Assembly (NCBI GenBank): GCA_023248875.1
Contig: JAHFDT010000003.1
Coordinates: 1 to 59,248, forward strand
Source of the DNA: Myxococcales bacterium
Lineage (GTDB): Bacteria; Myxococcota_A; Polyangia; Palsa-1104; SHYY01
Direction: 5' to 3'
Length of the DNA: 59,248 bases
Both the position numbers and the translations under genes were made by a program. The notes beneath the pieces are model-generated. The model saw only the letters and a program-made list of their open reading frames with translations. It was not told the DNA's origin and ran no database searches. Shown here piece after piece: positions 17,975-25,758 of the stretch; position 1 is the first letter of the stretch; the number at the start of each line of letters is the position of its first letter.

Positions 17975-18346
17975 TCAATTGCCTTCGTTGTGGCGCTGGA
18001 CGCAGTGCTCGAATTGGGCGCTATCGCTATCCGGCCGATAGCTGACCGCAATGCCTCGTACGCTGACCGAACAGGTCGGTAGAAAGAACAGCAGCCAGCG
18101 CGCAGGCTCGACGCAGTCGCCCTCTTCATAAACATCGACCACCTGGTCGGCGCCGCAGGCGTGCGCGGTCTCCTGCGCCTCCTCGTGCGCGCGCCCGGCG
18201 GCGATCCCCGCGTTGTATCCGGTGCCGGTGCCCGAGACCGATCCGAGCCGGCGGATGCGTGCGTCGTTGGGAGCGATGGGTCCGCGGTAGAGCGGGCCGT
18301 AGCCACAGGCCCCCAAGAGCGCGCAGAATGCAACATACCGCTTCAT
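17975..18346 (-). CDS. Small hypothetical lipoprotein
   Basis: MKRYVAFCALLGAC lipobox; GGAGG RBS upstream. Confidence 0.7.
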   Translation of the reverse strand: MKRYVAFCALLGACGYGPLYRGPIAPNDARIRRLGSVSGTGTGYNAGIAAGRAHEEAQETAHACGADQVVDVYEEGDCVEPARWLLFFLPTCSVSVRGIAVSYRPDSDSAQFEHCVQRHNEGN

Positions 18347-18467
18347 CTGAGACTCCTCCTTCCTGGCCTCTTGACGGAGTGTCGAGGCGCTTCCCCAAGC
18401 GATATGCACTCGGCTTGCCGATCAGCTCTTGGTGAGCGATGGGGGTTGAGAAGGGAGCGAGCGTTTC

Positions 18468-19880
18468 CTAATACTCGAATGCGCCGATCGAGTAGCCGCT
18501 CTTGCCCGGCCGCGGACGGCCGTCGTGGTCGGCGAGCGGTGCGCTGGTGCCCTGTGAGCTCGGCACACCACGACCGACAAGCGTACAGTTCACAGAGTGA
18601 TTGACCAGATGGTAGTCGTCGCTGCTGGCGGCTTTGAACGTCATGTCTGCCATACAGCCGCTGAGATTGAGGTTGCCGTTTTGTGAAGCGCCGCTGTAGG
18701 CGCAATGGTCGAGCTGGCAGCTGCCACTGACCTCGGCGGCGGCTCCGCTATTCCCAAACCAAACTGAATTTGCGACCAGCGGCGCCTGCAGACAGTGGAG
18801 ACCCGATGCGGTGGCATTCGCCTTGGCCTGGTTGTAGGCCACCGTGTTGTTGAGTAGCACGGTAGCGCCGCTGCCGTGCGATGAAATGTAGAGGCCGCCG
18901 AAGGTCGCATCGCTACCCCCATTGCGCGCCACCAGGGTGTTGGTGATGACAAAATTGCTCGACTGCAAAAGCAGTCCCCCCTGCGCATTGCCGGGACCGA
19001 TGGTGTCCGCATCGAATTCGAGCTCGCACGAGTTGCTATCGACGCCGTGTTGAAGGTTCTTCCTCACCGTCGAGCGGATCAGTTTTATCCGCGTGGTCGC
19101 AGGATCGCCCAAGCTCTTGCACTGGATGCCATGGCCGTTGGCGCCGACGGCATTTTCGATCACGAAGCCGTCGAGGCTTAGTGAAATCTTGTGGCTCCCG
19201 TCGGAAGAGAGCAGGAGCACCGGCTGGTTGATGAGATTGGCGGTGAGCACTGGCTGCCCGAGGCCGACCAGGGTGACGATGAAGTCGCCCGCCGGATTCT
19301 GCACCTTGAGGTTTTCCATGTAGCTGCCAGTCGCCACCACGACAACCTTCTTCGTTGCGGCGCCCGCATCGAGGCCGCTCTGGAAGGTACAAAAGGGGGC
19401 GCCTACAGTTCCACTGCCGGGGCAATTCTTGGCCGCCGCGTTGACGTAGATCAGCTCCGCAGGGTCGCCGCAGAAACCCTGGCTGCAATAGCCGCTCGTG
19501 CATTCGCTGTGGGCACTGCAGGCGCCGCAATTGCCATCGCTCTGGCAGGCGAAGTGGCGGGCGGCGCAGTCGCTGGCGCTGAAGCACTCGAGGCAGGCAC
19601 CGCTCTGGGCGCATAGCGGGCGAGTAGGATGGCTCACCGCACAATCGTCGGTGCCACCATCGTTGTGGCCGCAGGAGACACATTTTCCACCGCTGCAGAT
19701 CGGCCGGCTGGGATCGAGGCACTGGCTGGCGCTCGTACATTGGACCCCGCCATCGCCTCGCGGCCGACAGGTGTGGGTGCGCAGATCACACAACTCCGTC
19801 GGATTCGCGCAGCTCGATGCGCAGTAGAGCGGATCGAGCTCGGTGCAGCCCCAGAGGAGAAGCAGCAGCGCGTACTTCAT
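18468..19880 (-). CDS. Lipoprotein with Cys-rich repeats and right-handed beta-helix domain
   Basis: MKYALLLLLWGC lipobox; C-x4-C repeats; GTVGAPFCTF, N..GG/ITNTLVARN/NNTVAYN rungs; ends SIGAFEY. Confidence 0.8.
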   Translation of the reverse strand: MKYALLLLLWGCTELDPLYCASSCANPTELCDLRTHTCRPRGDGGVQCTSASQCLDPSRPICSGGKCVSCGHNDGGTDDCAVSHPTRPLCAQSGACLECFSASDCAARHFACQSDGNCGACSAHSECTSGYCSQGFCGDPAELIYVNAAAKNCPGSGTVGAPFCTFQSGLDAGAATKKVVVVATGSYMENLKVQNPAGDFIVTLVGLGQPVLTANLINQPVLLLSSDGSHKISLSLDGFVIENAVGANGHGIQCKSLGDPATTRIKLIRSTVRKNLQHGVDSNSCELEFDADTIGPGNAQGGLLLQSSNFVITNTLVARNGGSDATFGGLYISSHGSGATVLLNNTVAYNQAKANATASGLHCLQAPLVANSVWFGNSGAAAEVSGSCQLDHCAYSGASQNGNLNLSGCMADMTFKAASSDDYHLVNHSVNCTLVGRGVPSSQGTSAPLADHDGRPRPGKSGYSIGAFEY

Positions 19881-19954
19881 GCCGACCCAATACCTTTGTG
19901 GGGAAACTGCTGCAAGTGCTATCGTCGCCGGCGCCATCATCACGGAGGAGAGCG

Positions 19955-22495
19955 ATGGAACGGGAGATGATCTGCAAGCGCTGTGCGGGTGGTGGCAGCG
20001 GCCCCTTCGTGCTGCCGGGCGCGCGCCCCTACTACGTGCCCGATCGCGTGTGCGATGTGCGCCACATCCGCGTCGAGGTCGAGCTCGATTTCGCCACTGG
20101 GCGAGTGGCGGGCCGCTGCACTCAGTTTGTGTCGCCGATCAACAGCGGCTCGACGCGGCTGGTGCTCGATGCCGTCGAAATGGGGGTCGAAGCAGTGACA
20201 GTGGCTTCCCACGAGTGGAAGTTCGACTACGATGGGAAGAAGCTGGTTCTCGATCTCGGCGATCGAAAGGCCGGCGAGGAGATCGAGCTGACCGTCCGCT
20301 ACGCCTGCACACCGCGACGCGGGCTCTACTTCATCCGTCCCGATCGCTACTACCCGAACCGCCCGACGCAGGTTTGGTCGCAGGGTCAGGACGAGGACAA
20401 CCGCGCCTGGTTCCCCTGCTTTGACCATCCGCACGAGAAGTCGACGTCGGAGGTAATTGCAACAGTGCCGGAAAAGATGACGGTGGTATCGAACGGCCGC
20501 CTCGTTGAAGTGCGGCCGGGAAATGGCACGCGTACGTTCCACTATCGCCATGAGGTGCCGCACTCGAGCTATCTCATCACGTTGGTCGCGGGCGAATATG
20601 TCGAGCTCAAAGGCGCCGCGGCCGGTGTCGAGCTCAAGTACCTCGTGCCGCGTGGCCGCGAGGAGGAGGCGCAGCGCTCGTTTGGTCGCACGGGGGAAAT
20701 GATCGAGCTCTTTTCGCGCCTCACCGGCCAGCCCTATCCCTACCCGAACTACACTCAGGTGGTGGTGGCGGAGTTCATCTTCGGCGGCATGGAGAATACC
20801 TCCGCGACCACGCTCACCGACAACACGCTGCACGATGCCCGCGCCCACCTCGATTTCTCATCGGAGCCGCTGGTTTCGCATGAGCTCGCCCATCAATGGT
20901 TCGGCGATCTTCTCACTTGTCGTGACTGGTCGCAGGGGTGGCTTAACGAAGGGTTTGCCACCTATTTTGAGATTCTCTGGAAGGAGCACAGCGAGGGGGG
21001 CGATGCGGCCGACTACGATCGGCTGCTCGATCAGGAGGCCTACCTCGAGGAGGATGGCGATCGCTACCGTCGCGCGATCGTCTCGAATCTGTTCCACGCG
21101 CCGATCGATGTGTTCGACCGCCACCTCTACGAAAAGGGCGGCACGGTGTTGCACATGCTGCGCCACCAGCTCGGCGACGAGCGCTTCTGGAAGGCGATCC
21201 GTCACTACGTCGCCAAGCATCGCGGCGGCTCGGTGGAGAGCCGCGATCTGGCTCGCGCGGTGGACGAAGCGACCGGCGTCAACGTCGACCGTTTCTTCGA
21301 ACAATGGGTGTTCAAGGCGGGTTATCCCGATCTTCATGCTGAGTATTCCTGGGATGACGAACACAAGTTGGCGCGAATCGTGGTCGAGCAGAAGCAGGAG
21401 GTGAAAGATCTCACGCCGCTGTTTGCGCTGCCCCTCACTGTGCACTTCGTCATCGATGGCCAGGAGCGCGACGTGAAGATCGATTTCGAAGAGGCCAAGA
21501 CCACGTTTCTGTTGCCGCTCGGCGCCAAGCCGACGCAGGTGGTGCTCGATCCGGGAAATCATTTCTTGAAGGCGCTCGATTTCAAGAAGCCGGAGGAGCT
21601 GTGGCACGCGGAACTTGCCGGCGCACGCTCGGCGATCGATCGAATTCGCGCCGCGCGGGCGCTCGGCAAAGCGGCCGATCCGTCGGCGATCGCGCCGCTC
21701 GAAAGGGCGCTGCAAAGCGATCCCTTTTGGGCCGTGCGCGGCGAAGCGGCGGCGGCGATCGGCGCCATTCGCACCGAGGCTGCCCGGGTGGCGCTCGGCG
21801 CCGCCGCACCGAAGGAGTCCCATCCCAAAGCGCGCCGGATGATCGTGCGCGCGCTCGGCGCGTTCCGCCACGATGAGCAGGCGGGAGCCGCGGCCGGCCA
21901 GCTGCTGGCAGGCGATGCCAGCTACTTCGTCGAGGCCGAGGCGGCGCTAGCACTGGCCAAAACGCGCAGCCCGAGCGCCTACGAGAAATTGCTGGAGGCG
22001 ATGGCGCGCCCCTCCTACCTCGAGGTGATCCGCTGCAATTGCCTCTCAGGTCTCGCCGAGCTGCGCGATGAGCGGGCCGTCGCAGTCGCGATCACGGAAG
22101 CGGCGCGCGGCAAACCGCCCACTTCACGCCGCGCGGCCATCAGTGCACTCGGACTGCTCGGTGACGAATTCCTTTCTGCCCGCCGGCCCGCGCTCGAGGC
22201 GCTCACCGAACATCTCGAGGATCCCGATTTTCGCGCCCGGATTGCCGCCGTCGAGGCCCTGAAAACCCTGGGCGACCGGCGCGCGATCGGTGCGCTCCAG
22301 CGGGCGGTCGAGTCCGACCTCGATGGGCGCGTCCGCCGGCGGGCGCGCGAGGTGGCACGCCTTTTGGCGGAGGGGCTGCGCGCGGAAGAGAAGAGCTCGC
22401 AGCTGCGCGAAGAGCTCGACAAGGTGCGCCAGGCGGGCGCCGAGCTGCGGGAGCGGCTGCTTAAGCTCGAGGCGATCAACGCGGTGCGTCAGTAG
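19955..22495 (+). CDS. M1 family aminopeptidase with C-terminal HEAT repeats
   Basis: WFPCFDHP, GGMEN, HELAHQWFG..NEGFA, YEKG; HEAT repeats and coiled-coil end. Confidence 0.93.
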   Translation: MEREMICKRCAGGGSGPFVLPGARPYYVPDRVCDVRHIRVEVELDFATGRVAGRCTQFVSPINSGSTRLVLDAVEMGVEAVTVASHEWKFDYDGKKLVLDLGDRKAGEEIELTVRYACTPRRGLYFIRPDRYYPNRPTQVWSQGQDEDNRAWFPCFDHPHEKSTSEVIATVPEKMTVVSNGRLVEVRPGNGTRTFHYRHEVPHSSYLITLVAGEYVELKGAAAGVELKYLVPRGREEEAQRSFGRTGEMIELFSRLTGQPYPYPNYTQVVVAEFIFGGMENTSATTLTDNTLHDARAHLDFSSEPLVSHELAHQWFGDLLTCRDWSQGWLNEGFATYFEILWKEHSEGGDAADYDRLLDQEAYLEEDGDRYRRAIVSNLFHAPIDVFDRHLYEKGGTVLHMLRHQLGDERFWKAIRHYVAKHRGGSVESRDLARAVDEATGVNVDRFFEQWVFKAGYPDLHAEYSWDDEHKLARIVVEQKQEVKDLTPLFALPLTVHFVIDGQERDVKIDFEEAKTTFLLPLGAKPTQVVLDPGNHFLKALDFKKPEELWHAELAGARSAIDRIRAARALGKAADPSAIAPLERALQSDPFWAVRGEAAAAIGAIRTEAARVALGAAAPKESHPKARRMIVRALGAFRHDEQAGAAAGQLLAGDASYFVEAEAALALAKTRSPSAYEKLLEAMARPSYLEVIRCNCLSGLAELRDERAVAVAITEAARGKPPTSRRAAISALGLLGDEFLSARRPALEALTEHLEDPDFRARIAAVEALKTLGDRRAIGALQRAVESDLDGRVRRRAREVARLLAEGLRAEEKSSQLREELDKVRQAGAELRERLLKLEAINAVRQ

Positions 22496-22549
22496 CCGCT
22501 TCTTGGCGACCTTCCCATTTACCAATAAGCCCTGTATGCTGAATTATAT

Positions 22550-22852
22550 ATGGGTTCTCTCGATCTGAGCTTTCGCAAGCAGGGCGATCCGGTGACGCGA
22601 ACGCTCGCGCAGGAGACACTGATTGTTCCGGTGGCGAGCAGCTACGTCGACCTCGATTCCGTCTACGTACTGGACGATGTGGGGGCGCTCCTCTGGGGGT
22701 TGGTCGATGGCACGACGACGGTGCGCGGCATGGTCGAGGCGGTGACGCGCGAATTCGAAGTGGCGGAGGAGCAAGCAGAAAGCGACATTCTGTCCTTTCT
22801 GGGTTCGCTCCAGCAGAGCGGACTCATCGAACCCTGTGAGCGCGCCGGATGA
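22550..22852 (+). CDS. PqqD-family RiPP recognition element
   Basis: 100 aa; LDDVGALLWGLVDG...EFEV...DILSFLGSL...GLI pattern; overlaps rSAM start. Confidence 0.9.
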   Translation: MGSLDLSFRKQGDPVTRTLAQETLIVPVASSYVDLDSVYVLDDVGALLWGLVDGTTTVRGMVEAVTREFEVAEEQAESDILSFLGSLQQSGLIEPCERAG

Positions 22853-24099
22853 TCGAGCGCTCCTACAGCGAGTTCAGCCTGGGCGTCACGCAACGGGCCC
22901 TCGGCGCGGGCCGCGTACCACTCAATGGAACCCTCGAGCTGACCCGCCGCTGTCCCCTCGAATGCACCCACTGTTATAACAATCTTCCCGTCGGTGACCG
23001 GTCGGCGATCGCAGGCGAACTCAGCTACGCCGAGCTGTGCCGGGTGATGGAGGAGATGGCCGAAGCCGGGACGTTATGGCTGCTCCTCACCGGCGGCGAG
23101 ATCCTAGCGCGCCCGGATTTTCTAGAAATTTATACCTATGCCAAAAAGAAGGGCTTTCTGATCACGCTCTTTACCAATGGCACGATGATCACCGCGGAGA
23201 TCGCCGACCATTGGGCGCGCTATCGCCCCTTCGCGATCGAGATCACGCTCTACGGCCACACGCGCGAGACTTACGAACGTCTCACCCGTGTGCCGGGATC
23301 GTTCGATCGCTGCCGGCGTGGGATCGAGCTCCTGCTCGAACGAAAATTGCCGCTCCGGCTCAAGACCGTGGGAGTGGCGACTACGCGCCACGAGATTCTC
23401 GAGATGAAACGCTTTGCCGAGGAGCTTGGGCTCGAGTTCAAGTTCGACTCGATGATCAACCCGCGCATCGATTGCTCGTTGAGCCCGCTGGAGGAGCGAA
23501 TGACCCCGCAGCAGATCGTCGAATTCGATCTCGACGATCCCAAGCGCACCGAGGGCTGGCTGCGCTTTGCCGAGGCCTACAACCACCCGATGCACGAAAC
23601 GACCGGCCAGCGCGACCAGCTCTATCATTGTGGTGGCGGCGTCAATGCCTTTGCGATCGATCCCTCCGGCCATCTGAGCATCTGCGTGCTCTCGCACAAC
23701 GATCGGTACGATCTCCGCCGCGGTAGCTTCCGCGAGGGCTGGCAAGAGTTTCTCGGCAAGGTGCGGGACCGGCGCACCACGCGCCCGACCCGCTGCGTCG
23801 AGTGCGGACTCAAGGCGATGTGCGGCATGTGTCCCGCCAACGGGGAGCTCGAGAATCGGGATCCCGAGGAGCCGGTGGACTTTTTGTGCCACGTGGCCCA
23901 TCTGCGCGCGGCCTCGCTCGATATTCCGGTGCGCCCGCACGGCGAATGTCCCTACTGCACGAGCGGCGTTCACCATGAGGCGCTCATGCAATCGTCGCGC
24001 GAGATCAAGAGTGGCATAAGAGATCGCCAACCGCGGACGCGGCTGCAGGTGGTGCGGGAGGCGGCGGGGGGCGGCTGCACGAGCTGTGGGGGTTCATGA
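22849..24099 (+). CDS. Radical SAM/SPASM peptide maturase
   Basis: CPLECTHCY (CxxxCxxC), TGGE, TNG; SPASM C..G....IDPSG...C and CVECGLKAMCGMC. Confidence 0.93.
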   Translation: MIERSYSEFSLGVTQRALGAGRVPLNGTLELTRRCPLECTHCYNNLPVGDRSAIAGELSYAELCRVMEEMAEAGTLWLLLTGGEILARPDFLEIYTYAKKKGFLITLFTNGTMITAEIADHWARYRPFAIEITLYGHTRETYERLTRVPGSFDRCRRGIELLLERKLPLRLKTVGVATTRHEILEMKRFAEELGLEFKFDSMINPRIDCSLSPLEERMTPQQIVEFDLDDPKRTEGWLRFAEAYNHPMHETTGQRDQLYHCGGGVNAFAIDPSGHLSICVLSHNDRYDLRRGSFREGWQEFLGKVRDRRTTRPTRCVECGLKAMCGMCPANGELENRDPEEPVDFLCHVAHLRAASLDIPVRPHGECPYCTSGVHHEALMQSSREIKSGIRDRQPRTRLQVVREAAGGGCTSCGGS

Positions 24100-24266
24100 G
24101 CGGAGCCGACCTGAGCAGGCGTAGGCCCTACCGGCGCCCCGAGCTGGTGCGGGTGCCGCTGCGTCCGGAAGAGGCGGTGCTCGGCAACTGCAAATCCTCA
24201 GCGACGACTGGGCCGATCCAGGCCTCCTGCACCGTGCCGGTGACCTGTTCGGGAACAGGATCCTAG
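24096..24266 (+). CDS. Putative RiPP precursor peptide, 56 aa (not in ORF track)
   Basis: MSGADLSRRRPYRRPELVRVPLRPEEAVLGNCKSSATTGPIQASCTVPVTCSGTGS; ATGA overlap with rSAM stop; YxxPxL leader motif; three Cys in a Ser/Thr/Gly-rich C-terminal half. Confidence 0.85.
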   Translation: MSGADLSRRRPYRRPELVRVPLRPEEAVLGNCKSSATTGPIQASCTVPVTCSGTGS

Positions 24267-24428
24267 TGTCCTGTCTCAGAAATTCGCGCCATATCTCGCC
24301 GGTCTCTTTCGTCCCTACCGTCGTTGCTCGTCGGTTAAATACCGCCAGTATTCACCCTCCTCGCGCCTCGGCAGGAACGAAACATCCTCGCCGATATATG
24401 GCGCGAATTTCTGAGACAGGACACTAGG
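24262..24428. mobile_element. MITE-like element with 33-bp perfect terminal inverted repeats
   Basis: CCTAGTGTCCTGTCTCAGAAATTCGCGCCATAT (24262-24294) and its exact reverse complement (24396-24428); CTAG at both ends; no transposase. Confidence 0.85.
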
Positions 24429-24436
24429 TCGGCGAG

Positions 24437-25330
24437 GTGATGGAACCCGAGCAGTTTCAACTCCGGATCGCCGGCCTTACTCTCCAAGTGAACCGCCAGC
24501 TGGATGGACCGCAGTTCATGCTGCCGATGCCGACGGCGCGGTTTGAGGTGGAGCCGACCTCTCCTCCCGATGCGGTCTTCGACGTGGCCTGGGCCGATCT
24601 GCCCTGCGAGGCCACGGGGCGCCCGGTGTTCGACTCGGGCGGCGTCTGGCGCCTGCACGAGCAGGGCGATGAGCTGGTTTTCTCCCTGCGCGCCAGCACT
24701 TTTGGTGAGCAGCCCTACCAGCTCTCTCGCTGTGCCCCCAATTTTCGCCACGGCACGGTGCTGCTCCACCGCGGCTGCCACAATGCAGCCCAGCCGCTCT
24801 ATCCGCTCGCCTATCCGCTCGATGAGCTGCTGATGGTCCACCTGTTTTCGCGCGGCTACGCCGTCGAGGTGCACGCCGCGGGGGTGGTCGATGCGAAGGG
24901 CATAGGGCAGCTCTTCCTCGGCGCCTCGGGAGCGGGCAAGAGCACCACCGCCAAGCTGTGGGAAAAGGAGCCGGGTGTGCGCCTCCTCTCCGACGACCGT
25001 ATCGTGCTGCGGGAGCAGGAGGGGGCGATCTGGATGCATGGCACCCCCTGGCATGGTGAAGCCGGTCTAGCGTCGCCCGATTTGGCGCCGCTCGGCAACC
25101 TTTTCTTCCTGCAACAGGCGCGCGAGAATCGGCTTGCACCCCTCGGAGGCGCCACCGCGGCCGCGCAGCTCTTGGCCTGCGCGTTTTTCCCCTTTCACGA
25201 ACGTTCCGGGATCGATTTTACGATCTCCCTCTGCCAGCGCATCACCCGCCGTGTTCCGTGCCACGAGCTTTCGTTTGTGCCCGACCGATCTGTCATCGAG
25301 CGGCTACGCAGCGAAGGCGTGGTGGCATGA
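24437..25330 (+). CDS. HPr kinase-related P-loop protein
   Basis: VHAAGV, GASGAGKST Walker A, LLSDDRIVL, GTPWHG. Confidence 0.8.
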   Translation: MMEPEQFQLRIAGLTLQVNRQLDGPQFMLPMPTARFEVEPTSPPDAVFDVAWADLPCEATGRPVFDSGGVWRLHEQGDELVFSLRASTFGEQPYQLSRCAPNFRHGTVLLHRGCHNAAQPLYPLAYPLDELLMVHLFSRGYAVEVHAAGVVDAKGIGQLFLGASGAGKSTTAKLWEKEPGVRLLSDDRIVLREQEGAIWMHGTPWHGEAGLASPDLAPLGNLFFLQQARENRLAPLGGATAAAQLLACAFFPFHERSGIDFTISLCQRITRRVPCHELSFVPDRSVIERLRSEGVVA

Positions 25331-25758
25331 TCGCAAAACAGCTGTTCCCGGATCTCCTTCGGGAGGCGTTGTCGCTGGGGCGCAGGGTTCGCTTTCATGC
25401 CATGGGCCGCAGCATGAATCCCACCATCGTGGATGGGGATGCCATCCGCTTGGCTTCCGTGATCCCCGCTGCGATCGAAGTGGGCGATGTGGTGCTGTTC
25501 CAGCTCCCGCGCGGTCTCGTGGCCCACCGGGTGGAGCGGATCGAAGTACGCCAAGACGATGCGCTGGAATTCCTGGTGAAGGGCGATGCTGCCGAGAGCA
25601 CTGGCGAGTGGGCGACCGCCCATGAGGTCGTCGCGCGGGTAGAGGCGGTGGAGCGCGATGGCCAGCTGATCTCGCTCGGAGGCATTGGAGAGAGATGGCG
25701 CCATTCCCTATGGGAGCTGTGCGCGGGCATCGTACAGCGGGTGAGGCGTATGCGATGA
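25327..25758 (+). CDS. S24/S26-family peptidase (Ser-His type, no obvious TM)
   Basis: GRSMNPTIVDGD, VGDVVLF, VAHRV, KGD. Confidence 0.82.
   Translation: MIAKQLFPDLLREALSLGRRVRFHAMGRSMNPTIVDGDAIRLASVIPAAIEVGDVVLFQLPRGLVAHRVERIEVRQDDALEFLVKGDAAESTGEWATAHEVVARVEAVERDGQLISLGGIGERWRHSLWELCAGIVQRVRRMR

Noticed and set aside
22505-22549. Promoter for the RiPP locus (TTCCCA-17-TATGCT)
   Set aside because: AT-rich and plausible but the -35 match is too weak to call.
22550-25758. Lasso peptide or PQQ biosynthesis
   Set aside because: No asparagine-synthetase-like cyclase or B2 protease; no pqqB/pqqC and no ExxxY PqqA motif in the peptide.
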